Shown here in pieces: positions 18,819 to 29,128 of a DNA stretch of 64,000 nucleotides (within the stretch, counting starts at the first letter, position 1; every line of letters starts with the position of its first letter). The position numbers and the translations under genes are program-made. Below the pieces are notes generated by a model. It worked only from the letters and a program-made list of their open reading frames with translations, was not told the origin of the DNA and did no database searches. Source of the stretch: an uncultured delta proteobacterium (GTDB taxonomy: Bacteria; Desulfobacterota; Binatia; Bin18); the NCBI GenBank assembly GCA_963733195.1, contig CAVTCR010000009.1, positions 33,979 to 97,978 on the forward strand. The letters are read 5' to 3'.

Positions 18819-21479
18819 ATGAAGCAGTCACGGAAGACAAAAGCCCAGTTACAGCGAGAGAGCGAAGGATTACAGCGCATCAATCGTGTAATTGGGACAA
18901 CCCTCGCTCTTGGTGAAGTGCTTCACTACATTATAGATGAAGTTGTCCGGCTTTTCGCCGCGCAGAGTGCGTCCGTCATTCTCTTTGACCATGAGAGAAA
19001 AGAAGCTGAAATCACGACGACCTATGGGCACCAAACAGCGACAGAGCCTACGCTTCGTTACCCTTGGGTAGGATCAATGGTTGGGTGGATCGCGGAACAG
19101 AAACGCTCACTGCGTGTTCCTCGCCTGACAGAGAAGGAATGGCCCACCTCGTGGGCGCTGGGGAAACAATTGGGCGGTAACCCAGGACAAATCTCAGTTT
19201 TGCTGGCTCCATTGTGGCAAGAAACGGAAGTGATGGGCTGCCTTGAAGTTGTCTGGGAGCCACATCACTCGATAAACGAGGAGGAGGAACAACTCTTAGA
19301 AGCCATTGCGACACAAGCCACTATCGCAATTGTTCAAGCGCGGCTCTACCAAGAAAAAGAGCAGGCGTTGCAAACAGCGATTACGTCAGCCCACCTTGTT
19401 CGCTCGGCTCTCGATGTACTTCCTGTCTCTCTGGCTATGCTCGATGAGACAGGCAAAGTGATCTCTGTCAATCAGGTCTGGCGAAAGGGTGCTGAAGAGA
19501 ATGGACTTTCTTCCAGGTCTTCCGTCGAAGGACTGAACTATCTTTCCGTGTGTGACGCTGCGGTCGGAGAAGAGGCAGAGGAAGGCCGCCGCTTCGCCGC
19601 GGGTATTCGTGCCGTGCTAAACGGTGAACGTGAGACCTTTGCAATGGAATATGCGTGTCCCACACCAACACGGAAACTCCGGTTCCTCGGGAGGGTAACG
19701 CGTTTTCCGCAAGCTGAGTCGATGCGATTACTGGTCACGCACGAAGACCTCACTGAGCAGAAGCAGGCAGAGGAAGCCCTACGCAAAAGCGAAGAACGTT
19801 TTCGGGCGTTAGTGCAGAACTCCTCTGACGTCATTACCATCCTCGATGCGAACGGTGACGTGCGCTATAATAGCCCCTCTATTGAACAGGTTCTTGGCTA
19901 TGGCCAGGAAGAGCTTGTAGGCCAGAGCGTTTTTGCGCTGCTGCATCCAGAAGATGTCAATACGGTTCTATCGGTCTTTACCGACGCTCTCTCACAACCT
20001 GGACGTGTGGTTGCTCCCGAATTTCGTATCCGTCATAAAAATGGAACCTGGGTCTACCTTGAAGCGATCGGTAATAATCTCTTAGCTGATCCCGCGATTC
20101 GTGGTGTCGTCGTTAACTCTCGCGATGTGACTGCCCGCAAACAAGCGGAAGCCGCGCTTCAGCATCAATTCGCTTTTGAGCAGTTGGTTGCCGAGATCTC
20201 AAAGAACTTCATCAACTTAGCACCGACAGAGATTGACCAGGGTATTGTTCAAGCCTTGCAAACGGTCGGAGAATTCTCCGGCGTCGATCGAAGTTATCTT
20301 TGCCTCTTTTCTCCCGACCGGACCACGGTCAATTGCACTCACGAATGGTGTGCCAGCGGCACCGAATCTCAGTGGGAGGCTTTACAGCAGCTGCCGCTAA
20401 CTCCGTTGACCTGGAGTATAGAGAAGATGAAAGAGCAGGGAGTCCTCTACATTCCACGTGTTGCTGACCTGCCCACAGCCGGAATGAGAGAGCAGAAGAT
20501 TCTCCAGGCAATTGGGGTCCAATCGCTCGTTTGTATTCCGCTTATGTTCGGCAAAGTCCTCGGTGGTTTTCTGGTTTTTGCGACAGTCCGCACGGAAAAA
20601 CTATGGTCAGAGGAAAGTATTACTCTACTGAAAGTTATCGGCGAAATAGTGGCGAATGCTCTTGAGCGGAAACGGGCGGATGAGCAACAGCAACAACTGC
20701 ATGCACAGCTCCTTCAGACACAAAAGCTAGAAGCGCTGGGGACTCTTGCTGGTGGCGTCGCCCATGATTTTAACAATATTCTTTCCGCAATCATGGGCTA
20801 TGCTGCACTCGTAAAGGATGACGTTCCTGAGGGGACGCTCACTCAACGCAATATCGACGAAATCCTCACTGCGAGTCGGCGGGCAAAAACTCTGATTCAA
20901 CAGCTCTTAACTTTTAGCCGTCCTGGACAACGCAGTCGACGCCCAGTACATTTACGCAGCGTTGTGGAAGAAACACTCGCTCTGCTCCGTGTGTCATTTC
21001 CCAAAACGGCGACGTTTCATTTCGCGTGCAGCGCTGAAAAAGATACCGTTCTGGCGGACCCAACCCAGATCCAACAGATGGTAATGAATCTTTGTGTCAA
21101 CGCCGTTCAGGCTGTCGGGGGAGACGAGGGTACTGTCACACTCCAGCTTGACGATGGAAATAACAGAGACACCGGGGGGGTGGGAACGCGAGGCGTCCAC
21201 GACGAATCCTCTTGCCTCTGTCTCACTATAAGTGACAACGGCTGTGGTATAGAACCTGAAATCCTTGATCATATTTTTGAACCATTTTTCACTACCAAGC
21301 CGGTAGGACAAGGGAATGGAATGGGGCTCGCTATTGTTCATCGTATTGTGACCAGTCACGGCGGAATGATTACCGTTGACAGTACCCCAAATCAGGGGAC
21401 AACTTTTCGCATCTATTGGCCGTACGCTACGGGAGAAGAAGAAACCTCGGATTCGTTAATGGCGGCTATGGCATCGTAA
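18819..21479 (+). CDS. Sensor histidine kinase with GAF and PAS domains
   Basis: H-box HDFNNILSAIMGY and HATPase (GMGLAIVHRIV...GTTFRIYWP) motifs. PAS and GAF segments lie upstream. Confidence 0.85.
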   Translation: MKQSRKTKAQLQRESEGLQRINRVIGTTLALGEVLHYIIDEVVRLFAAQSASVILFDHERKEAEITTTYGHQTATEPTLRYPWVGSMVGWIAEQKRSLRVPRLTEKEWPTSWALGKQLGGNPGQISVLLAPLWQETEVMGCLEVVWEPHHSINEEEEQLLEAIATQATIAIVQARLYQEKEQALQTAITSAHLVRSALDVLPVSLAMLDETGKVISVNQVWRKGAEENGLSSRSSVEGLNYLSVCDAAVGEEAEEGRRFAAGIRAVLNGERETFAMEYACPTPTRKLRFLGRVTRFPQAESMRLLVTHEDLTEQKQAEEALRKSEERFRALVQNSSDVITILDANGDVRYNSPSIEQVLGYGQEELVGQSVFALLHPEDVNTVLSVFTDALSQPGRVVAPEFRIRHKNGTWVYLEAIGNNLLADPAIRGVVVNSRDVTARKQAEAALQHQFAFEQLVAEISKNFINLAPTEIDQGIVQALQTVGEFSGVDRSYLCLFSPDRTTVNCTHEWCASGTESQWEALQQLPLTPLTWSIEKMKEQGVLYIPRVADLPTAGMREQKILQAIGVQSLVCIPLMFGKVLGGFLVFATVRTEKLWSEESITLLKVIGEIVANALERKRADEQQQQLHAQLLQTQKLEALGTLAGGVAHDFNNILSAIMGYAALVKDDVPEGTLTQRNIDEILTASRRAKTLIQQLLTFSRPGQRSRRPVHLRSVVEETLALLRVSFPKTATFHFACSAEKDTVLADPTQIQQMVMNLCVNAVQAVGGDEGTVTLQLDDGNNRDTGGVGTRGVHDESSCLCLTISDNGCGIEPEILDHIFEPFFTTKPVGQGNGMGLAIVHRIVTSHGGMITVDSTPNQGTTFRIYWPYATGEEETSDSLMAAMAS

Positions 21480-21550
21480 ATATTACGAGGTTATGGAATT
21501 CATGGACGATACACGAAGAAAACGGAGACGATACGCTTCAGGAGGAGAGC

Positions 21551-21916
21551 ATGGCACGTATTTTAGTTATTGATGACGAAGACCCTGTTCGTAATATGCT
21601 TCGACAAGTGCTTGAGCGAGCTGGGCATGACGTTGCTGAAGCCCCAGATGGAAACGTAGGAATGCAACACGTCCGTGAGCAACCGATCGAACTCATTGTT
21701 ACAGACATCCTCATGCCTGAACAAGAAGGAATTGAGACTATTCGGACGCTCCACCGAGACTTTCCACAAATTAAAGTCCTTGCTATTTCGGGAGGGGGAC
21801 GGCGGAAAAATTTGGACGTATTGCTGGAAGCAGAATTCTTTGGTGCCCACCGTGTGTTAGCGAAACCTTTTGAACGGGCAGATTTACTGAAAGCGGTGAG
21901 TGCGTTGCTAACGTAA
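21551..21916 (+). CDS. Response regulator, receiver domain only (CheY-like)
   Basis: MARILVIDDEDPVRNML...LIVTDILMPE...KVLAISG. The RBS AGGAGGAG sits before the ATG. Confidence 0.85.
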   Translation: MARILVIDDEDPVRNMLRQVLERAGHDVAEAPDGNVGMQHVREQPIELIVTDILMPEQEGIETIRTLHRDFPQIKVLAISGGGRRKNLDVLLEAEFFGAHRVLAKPFERADLLKAVSALLT

Positions 21917-21993
21917 ATCTTGATCACCGAGGGGCACGGCTTGCCTGCCATGCCCTCTGGATGCCGCCGTCGTTTCTGAACGGAATGCAGCGC

Positions 21994-23676
21994 CTACGTG
22001 CTGCGTAACACCTGACCAGCACACACGCCAGTGTGTTCCAGACCATTCATGAACGTCTGACCATTCACGAGAGTGTGCTTGTAACCTACAGATTTTTGGA
22101 TGTAGCGACTACCACCAGCAGGGAGGTCCTGTACGAAGGTTGGCGGAGGTAACTGCAAGTTATCATAGTCGATGACATTGAGATCTGCGTACGCGCCTTG
22201 GCGAACAACGCCGCGATCCTGAATACCGAATAACTGTGCCGTATCAAGAGTAAGCTTGCGAATCGCCTGCTCCAGGGTGAAATGCTGTCGCTCTTTGACC
22301 CAATACTTGAGGAAGTACGTCGGCAGACTTGAGTCCATGATCTGCCCGACATGCGCACCAGAATCACCCAACCCGATAACTACCCGTGGGTGGTCCAGCA
22401 TTGTTTGCACAGCATCAAAGTTTGGATTGAGGAACGGATAATTGAACAGTGCCTTTCCGTCACGCTCGATGGAAAGCGTAATAAACGCCTCAGCCGGGCT
22501 GACGCCTAAACGCTGCGCATGAGCAGCGAGGCTCTCGTCTGCACGATGATCGTAACGTGCTTCCCCTTGCGGGAGGACGAAGATTTGGCTGAAATCGATC
22601 GGCGGCGGATCGGCCAATGCTTCTTGGATCATCGTGGCTCGGTATTCAGGATTACGCAGTTTCGCGACTTTCTCTTCTAGCTTCAGTGCTCGGAGTGCAC
22701 GCCACGACGGAGCCCGATCGAATGGCGTACGATTAACGAAGCCGAACAACACACCGATGCCGCGAGTTGTGGACTGAGCGAAGATCTGTGCCCCGCGCGC
22801 TGCACTTGCGCTGATCTGCTCGAGCATTGAGGAAAATACAGTGGGGTGCGGGCGGCTTTGTGCCAAACCAAAAGTTACAGGACGTCCAGTCGCGAGACTG
22901 ACTTCGGTCATCCAATCGACTTCGCGTTTGATGTCGTCTGGCCGTCCGCTGTCGATACCCGGTGCCGCTTCAAACAGTCCACGTTTGAGTTCACCTAAAG
23001 CATGAGCGATGCCCATAATTTCATTACGATCAGCAAAGGTTCCTGGGACGGGTTGACCTTCTGGAGTTCGATGCAGGATCGTGCGGGAAGTTGAAAAACC
23101 AAGTGCACCACCGGCAATCGCTTCAGCGACAATGTCGTGCATGCGGGCGATCTGATCAGGGCTCGCTGGCTTGTTTTCCAGACTTTCGGCGCCCATCGCC
23201 CAATAACGCACGGCGCAATGACCAACCATGCCGCCAACGTTCATGCCTTTCGGTACAGAATCGAGTGCTTTGAGGTATTCTCCGTAAGTTTCCCATTGCC
23301 ACGGCATGCCCGCCATGATGCTTGCTGCCGGAATGTCTTCGACGGATTCCATCAAATGAGCGAGGTATTCGCGGTCCTGAGGCTTACACGGAGCGAAGGT
23401 GACACCACAGTTGCCCATGACAACTGACGTGATGCCATGCCAGCACGATGAAGAAGCGATCGGGTCCCAAAAGATTTGCGCATCGAGGTGGGTATGAATA
23501 TCGACAAAACCAGGAGTGACAATATGTCCCTCAGCGTCGATCGTGCGTTTCGCGGAATCCGTGACCTTGCCAACCTCGGCAATGCGATCACCTTGGATAG
23601 CGACATCAGCACGATACGGCTGCTGCCCAGTGCCATCGACGACCGTTCCGTTCTTAATCACAACATCATAAGCCAT
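21994..23676 (-). CDS. N-acyl-D-amino-acid deacylase (D-aminoacylase) family amidohydrolase
   Basis: DVVIKNGTVVDGTG...TPGFVDIHTHLD metal-binding motif. 560 aa. Confidence 0.8.
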   Translation of the reverse strand: MAYDVVIKNGTVVDGTGQQPYRADVAIQGDRIAEVGKVTDSAKRTIDAEGHIVTPGFVDIHTHLDAQIFWDPIASSSCWHGITSVVMGNCGVTFAPCKPQDREYLAHLMESVEDIPAASIMAGMPWQWETYGEYLKALDSVPKGMNVGGMVGHCAVRYWAMGAESLENKPASPDQIARMHDIVAEAIAGGALGFSTSRTILHRTPEGQPVPGTFADRNEIMGIAHALGELKRGLFEAAPGIDSGRPDDIKREVDWMTEVSLATGRPVTFGLAQSRPHPTVFSSMLEQISASAARGAQIFAQSTTRGIGVLFGFVNRTPFDRAPSWRALRALKLEEKVAKLRNPEYRATMIQEALADPPPIDFSQIFVLPQGEARYDHRADESLAAHAQRLGVSPAEAFITLSIERDGKALFNYPFLNPNFDAVQTMLDHPRVVIGLGDSGAHVGQIMDSSLPTYFLKYWVKERQHFTLEQAIRKLTLDTAQLFGIQDRGVVRQGAYADLNVIDYDNLQLPPPTFVQDLPAGGSRYIQKSVGYKHTLVNGQTFMNGLEHTGVCAGQVLRST

Positions 23677-23849
23677 AAGCTCCTCCTTCGCGGGCGTGCA
23701 TGCTCTGCCCAGATTTCCTGTGGCAGGCTCAATACCATTTCACTGTGCGCGATATGGTTATGGGTGTCAATGATTGAATAACAGGCTAATTGACGTTCGT
23801 GCTAAAATTGTCGAAGCATGAACAGCGCTGGGAACAATAGATAATGATC

Positions 23850-23887
23850 ATAGGGAATCCGTACCAGAGATTCCCTATCTTTTTTTC
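23850..23887 (+). terminator. Intrinsic terminator hairpin, canonical on the plus strand only, between two minus-strand genes
   Basis: A perfect 9-bp stem ATAGGGAAT-(11 nt loop)-ATTCCCTAT is followed by CTTTTTTT. Confidence 0.55.
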
Positions 23888-23954
23888 ATTCTCCGTTCGC
23901 TGTTTTCCTTCCCTTCTATCATTACTAAGACCGAGTGAAATCCAAAAGGCCAGC

Positions 23955-26258
23955 TCACCGCATCGCCACCGCCTGAACCTGTTTGTAATCTGTCCAGCCT
24001 TGCAGAGTCTTCATGATGCCGTCTTGTACGAGGGTGGTCATGCCTTGGGTCAGAGCAACCGTCAGTATTTCCGACACAGGCGCTCGAGCATGAATCAGAC
24101 GTTTAACGTCGTCGGTAGCGACTAGCAGTTCGTGGATGCCCATGCGGCCTTTATAGCCACTTTGGCGGCAGGCTGAGCAACCTTTGCCTCGCGCGAGACG
24201 AAACTCATCGTTGTAGACAACCCCAAGTTGTATGAACGCCTCTTCGCCATAACCCAAGGCGAGGGTGTCATACTCTTCTTTGATCGGATGGTAAAATTCC
24301 TTACAGGCCCGACAGATCGTGCGGGTGAGACGTTGAGCAAGGACACCAAGGAGTGCATCAGCAAACAAGAACGGGTCCATTTCCATTTCTAACAAGCGAG
24401 TGACGGTTTCTACTGCACTGTTGGTGTGGAGCGTACTCAGAATCAGGTGACCGGTGAGTGACGCTTCAATACTGATCTCGGCTGTCTCGCGGTCGCGAAT
24501 CTCGCCGACCATGATAATGTCGGGATCAGCCCGGAGAAACGAGCGCATGGCTGTCGCAAAGTCCAACCCAATCCGTGGATGCACTTGCAACTGACGTAAT
24601 CCATACTGCGTAATCTCTACCGGATCTTCAGCGGTCCAGATCTTTCGGTCTGGCACGTTCAACTGTGCGAGTGCCGAATGCAATGTCGTTGTCTTTCCCG
24701 AGCCAGTTGGTCCGACGCAGAGAATCATGCCATAGGGTTTCTGGAGAATGCGCTTGAATTGTTGCAGGTTGCGCTCGGACATGCCGAGGTTATCAAGCTG
24801 CATGGGCTCCTTGGCGGTGAGAATGCGCAAGACAACATCCTCGTTGTCTGCTCCTGCTGTTGGCAGGGTTGCTACACGGAGTTCAATCTCGCGGTCAGGG
24901 AGGCGAAACTGAATCTTGCCATCCTGCGGTTTGCGGCGCTCGGCAATATCTAATTGCGCCATCACTTTGAGGCGTGAAGCGAGCGCGCGCCGATAGCGTG
25001 CTGGCACTTCGAGTGATTTTTCACAGCGACCATCGACACGAATCCGTACGACTGCTTCACGGTGTGGGCCGTACGGTTCGATGTGAATATCTGAAGCACC
25101 GGCTTTGTATGCGTCCGAAATAATCTGATTCACTAACCGCACTAGGCCGCTATCGTTTTCATCGACGACCCCATCTGTCGTGCCAGTCGCGCTCTGATGT
25201 TCTTCAGCGGCGAGCTGACCTAAGATGGCCGTGAGCGGCGCCTGGGCTGTTCGTTCTTGGCTCGCGGTGCTGATGACCGCGGCAATATCGTCGCTAAGGC
25301 CAACCACATAGCGGATCTTTTTCCCTGGAAATACCCGCTGAATATCTTGGCGCTTGGTAAACGCGGAGGGGTCGTCAATGAGAATTTCTACTCCGTCATC
25401 AGTCTCGCGTATGGGCACCCACCCATGCGCCTTAAGATAATTGAGATTGAGACCTTCCAATACAGCAGGGGCAAGAACAAACTGTTCTTCGGAATCGAAA
25501 AAGGGACAGCGATAAAACGTACTGAGCGCATTGCCGAGGTCCTGCTTGCGTATGTGATAGGCCTCCATGAGTATAGATTCGAGAGTGCGCTGCTTGTCCC
25601 GTGCCTCGGTGATCGCGAGGTCGAGCTCCTGTTGGCTCAGGAGGTTGCTACTCACTAAGGTGTCAAACTTCGCGGGCTTTCTCCGTACTGACTGATACTG
25701 ATTGTGTAGTGCAATTCCAAGCGTTTGGGCAATTTCTTGGACTTTCTGCTCGTCGTGCGGGGTGAACCGCTCGGCGCTGCGTTTATTGATCAATTGAATG
25801 ACACCTGTCAGTGCATTGGTGGAGGGGGCGCAGACCGGTACCGTCAGTACCTGGCGTGTACGCATGCCGCTCCGTTGGTCCCACGAACCGTCGAAGGTTA
25901 GCGTCGTACTGATACGTGCCAGTTCTGCTTTATCGTAGGCATTGGCGACATTGACGGCCAAGCAGTTATTGGCCACGAACCCGACGATACTCTGGTTCCC
26001 GAGCGAAACGCGAATCTCACGAATCTTGTTGAGATCAGAGAATTTGGAATAGATCTCCTTGCGCTCGTAATCGATCGCATAAATAGCCAGACGCTCAGCA
26101 TCAAACAAACTCAAAATCTCATCGTGGAGAGTGATCAGAATCTGATCGACATCTTTCGCAGCATGGATGTGATTCATGACGCGCTTGAGGCGTTCATCGT
26201 ACGCAACTTGCTGTTGGAGAGTGGCGAGGCGGCGGTTAGGGGTGCGGCCCAGGTCCAT
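23955..26258 (-). CDS. GAF-GAF domains fused to a GspE/PilB-family type II/IV secretion ATPase
   Basis: A C-terminal ATPase carries Walker A (GPTGSGKTT), Asp/His boxes and the tetracysteine motif (CSACRQSGYKGRMGIHELL). About 380 aa of N-terminal GAF-like sequence precede it. RBS AAGGAG. Confidence 0.8.
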   Translation of the reverse strand: MDLGRTPNRRLATLQQQVAYDERLKRVMNHIHAAKDVDQILITLHDEILSLFDAERLAIYAIDYERKEIYSKFSDLNKIREIRVSLGNQSIVGFVANNCLAVNVANAYDKAELARISTTLTFDGSWDQRSGMRTRQVLTVPVCAPSTNALTGVIQLINKRSAERFTPHDEQKVQEIAQTLGIALHNQYQSVRRKPAKFDTLVSSNLLSQQELDLAITEARDKQRTLESILMEAYHIRKQDLGNALSTFYRCPFFDSEEQFVLAPAVLEGLNLNYLKAHGWVPIRETDDGVEILIDDPSAFTKRQDIQRVFPGKKIRYVVGLSDDIAAVISTASQERTAQAPLTAILGQLAAEEHQSATGTTDGVVDENDSGLVRLVNQIISDAYKAGASDIHIEPYGPHREAVVRIRVDGRCEKSLEVPARYRRALASRLKVMAQLDIAERRKPQDGKIQFRLPDREIELRVATLPTAGADNEDVVLRILTAKEPMQLDNLGMSERNLQQFKRILQKPYGMILCVGPTGSGKTTTLHSALAQLNVPDRKIWTAEDPVEITQYGLRQLQVHPRIGLDFATAMRSFLRADPDIIMVGEIRDRETAEISIEASLTGHLILSTLHTNSAVETVTRLLEMEMDPFLFADALLGVLAQRLTRTICRACKEFYHPIKEEYDTLALGYGEEAFIQLGVVYNDEFRLARGKGCSACRQSGYKGRMGIHELLVATDDVKRLIHARAPVSEILTVALTQGMTTLVQDGIMKTLQGWTDYKQVQAVAMR

Positions 26259-26362
26259 GAGAAAGTCTCCTTGCGGTGGAGTCGGTATCGTTTGGCGTAC
26301 CGTACTTCTCTCTCAATTGTCAATGTGTTGATGGTTGTTCCCCTGTTCCTGCTTGACATCGT

Positions 26363-27940
26363 ATGGTAGACAGTCCCCCTATGAATTTGGCACGAATTTT
26401 CTGGGAGCATTTGACACGAAACGAGTCGATGGTTGTGCTTGAGCGTCTAGAGGCAGATGGTACTGTCTCCTGGCGACAGACACGCGGCGAGTTGCGTCGG
26501 GAGGCTGCCCAGTGGATGGCGGCATTACACGCTGCCGGTATTGGTCCTGGGGACCGTGTTGCTGTGTCGCTGGGGAAATCTTCCGGTTTAGTGACGGCTC
26601 ATCTCGCTGTGCTGGGTGTCGGCGCCGGTGTTGTGCCACTGAATCCTGCACTTACTGCACGTGAAACTGAGGCGGTATTGCAGCGAGCTCAGGTTAAACT
26701 GGCGATTACGCACCGTGAAACAATCGTCCGAGCACCGGATATTATCAATGCCGTACAAGGGCCGTGCTGGGTCGCTGGCGAAACGGACGGAGTCCCGTCC
26801 GGCATTATCCCCCTCTCTCAGGTACTTCCGACAAGTCCTTCTGGAGTGGAACCAGTCGAACGCGTCAATGATGATCTCGCCTTACTCGTGTTTACTAGTG
26901 GAACGACTGGCGCCCCGAAAGGAGTTGGCCTCACACACGAAAACTTACGCGCGAATTTGCAAGCCCTGCTGGTTGAAACCTGGGAGATGAAGGAGTCTGA
27001 TCGTCTGTTACACACGCTTCCTCCTCATCATGTCCACGGGCTTGGTCTTGGGCTGTACGGCAGTCTGTATGTTGGCAATACTGCTGTATTGCTCGAACGG
27101 TTTGAGCCAGCGGTGGTGTTGCGGACGTTTGGGCCACAACGCATTAGCGTATTTATGGGGGTGCCGACGATGTATCATCGCATGACGGAAGCAGTAGAGG
27201 CGGACAAAACACTGAAGCCTCACGTCTCGCTAACTTCTATGCGCGTATTCACGTGCGGATCGGCACCGCTGTCGCCGGAAACGTTTCGTCGCTTCCGTGA
27301 GCAATTCGATTTTCCTATCGTCGAGCGCTATGGGTTGACGGAAACCGTGATCAATACGTCAAACCCGCTTCGTGGTCCCTGGAAACTCGGTAGCGTGGGC
27401 TTGCCACTCCCTGGCGTGGAGGTAGGGATTTTTGATCCGCAAACCCTGCAACGTCTAAATACACAAGAAACTGGAGAAATCTGCGTTCGTGGCCCGAATG
27501 TGTTTCATGGTTACTGGAATAATCCTGAAGCTACGGCACCAGCGTTCCACGATAATTGGTTTCGTACTGGCGATCTCGGGGCTATTGATGCTGATGGTTA
27601 TGTGTCAATTCTTGGGCGTATCAAGGAGCTGATCATTGTGGGTGGAACGAACGTCACTCCTGGAGAGGTCGAAGTGGTACTGGAGACGGATGTGGGAGTA
27701 GCCGAGTGCGCAGTTGTCGGAATTCCAGATACGGATCTTGGTGAACGTATTACCGCTTTTATCGTTCCACGTGCAGGCGAGGACACTACCGCCTTAGAGG
27801 CACGCTTGCGTACGAAAGCAGAACATGATCTCGCTCCCTACAAACGACCGCGAGTTTATCGGTTTCTGGATGCCGTTCCCCGCAATGCGATGGGAAAGGT
27901 GGAGCGAGCAAAGTTGCGAGAACAGGGGACAGAAAAATAA
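26363..27940 (+). CDS. AMP-dependent acyl-CoA synthetase/ligase
   Basis: AMP-binding motif LLVFTSGTTGAPKGV and a C-terminal (R/K)-containing domain. The start could instead be 26381. Confidence 0.85.
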   Translation: MVDSPPMNLARIFWEHLTRNESMVVLERLEADGTVSWRQTRGELRREAAQWMAALHAAGIGPGDRVAVSLGKSSGLVTAHLAVLGVGAGVVPLNPALTARETEAVLQRAQVKLAITHRETIVRAPDIINAVQGPCWVAGETDGVPSGIIPLSQVLPTSPSGVEPVERVNDDLALLVFTSGTTGAPKGVGLTHENLRANLQALLVETWEMKESDRLLHTLPPHHVHGLGLGLYGSLYVGNTAVLLERFEPAVVLRTFGPQRISVFMGVPTMYHRMTEAVEADKTLKPHVSLTSMRVFTCGSAPLSPETFRRFREQFDFPIVERYGLTETVINTSNPLRGPWKLGSVGLPLPGVEVGIFDPQTLQRLNTQETGEICVRGPNVFHGYWNNPEATAPAFHDNWFRTGDLGAIDADGYVSILGRIKELIIVGGTNVTPGEVEVVLETDVGVAECAVVGIPDTDLGERITAFIVPRAGEDTTALEARLRTKAEHDLAPYKRPRVYRFLDAVPRNAMGKVERAKLREQGTEK

Positions 27941-28117
27941 AAATCAAAAGGCAAAGGTCAAAAGTCAAAAATAACACAAATCGAAGTGGGGAAACGCAAA
28001 AAGAAGCATGAAACTTGGAACGTGAAACGTAAGACTTTAGACTTTGGACTGAAACTGTAAACCTTGAACCTTAAACTTTCCTAACACTAAGAGCTTATAC
28101 GAGAGGATAATAACTAC

Positions 28118-28972
28118 ATGCGTCTTGTGTCGTACGAACGAAATGATCAACGGAGTATTGGCGCGCTTACTACTGTAGGCATTATTGATTTTCCCTCCGC
28201 CTCTGGGGGTGAGTTGCCGGCGGATATGCTGACGTTTCTTCAACAAGGAGAGACCGCGCTCGCGCGTGCCAAAGAAGTAGTGGCAAAAGGCAGATCGGGA
28301 ATTCCGCTGCCTGAAGTCCACTTGCTTGCCCCAGTGCCGAAACCCGGAAAAATTATTGGTATTGGCCTCAACTATGCAGACCATGCAGCAGAAGGTGGAC
28401 GCGAGAAACCAAAGTATCCGATGATATTTACCAAAGCCGTCTCTGCCGTTATTGCCAACGGTGAGACCATCCAGATTCCCTTTGTGACCGAGATGGTTGA
28501 CTTCGAGGGTGAGCTTGCCGTGGTTATCGGTAAACGGGCCAAAGAGGTGTCAGGAAAGGATGCCCTTAGCTATGTCGCTGGGTACACCATTTGCAACGAT
28601 GTCAGCGGACGCGATTACCAAGAGCGCAGCAGCCCGACTGCCGGAAAGTCGTTTGATACCTTTGCGCCGCTTGGTCCGGCGATTGTCACAAAAGATGAGA
28701 TTTCCGATCCACACAGCCTCGATATCCGTACGATCGTGAGCGGCGAGGAAATGCAACATTCCAACACTCGTCATCTCATTTTCAATGTGAATTACTTGAT
28801 CGACTACCTTTCGCACATCTTCCCACTGGAGCCGGGAGATATTATCTCAACTGGGACGCCATCTGGTGTGGGGTGGTTCCGGAACCCACCACGATTCCTC
28901 AAATCGGGTGACACTGTACGGATTGAAATTGAGAAGGTAGGTATTCTGCAAAACTCTGTTGTGGCATTGTAA
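28118..28972 (+). CDS. Fumarylacetoacetate hydrolase (FAH) family protein
   Basis: [12 protein letters not shown]...[11 protein letters not shown]...GTPSGVG motifs. Confidence 0.85.
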   Translation: MRLVSYERNDQRSIGALTTVGIIDFPSASGGELPADMLTFLQQGETALARAKEVVAKGRSGIPLPEVHLLAPVPKPGKIIGIGLNYADHAAEGGREKPKYPMIFTKAVSAVIANGETIQIPFVTEMVDFEGELAVVIGKRAKEVSGKDALSYVAGYTICNDVSGRDYQERSSPTAGKSFDTFAPLGPAIVTKDEISDPHSLDIRTIVSGEEMQHSNTRHLIFNVNYLIDYLSHIFPLEPGDIISTGTPSGVGWFRNPPRFLKSGDTVRIEIEKVGILQNSVVAL

Positions 28973-29128
28973 GAACATTGCTTGGAGGTTGTCTCGTTTG
29001 TTTTACAGGGTGGAAGAGGAACCCTCCCGCCTTGCCTACACACGCCTACTTTTTTCCGCTGAAAATTCTCTTTCCTCGTCTTTTGCCTTTTATCCCCTAC
29101 TCACGTTATAAAGATAAAGGGACCAAGA

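Noticed and set aside
20994-21359. 121-aa minus-strand ORF inside the histidine kinase gene, and similar internal antisense ORFs (38605..38973, 45298..45891, 31589..32062)
   Set aside because: Each is fully nested antisense in a well-supported long gene and has no RBS or domain features. They are typical spurious ORFs.
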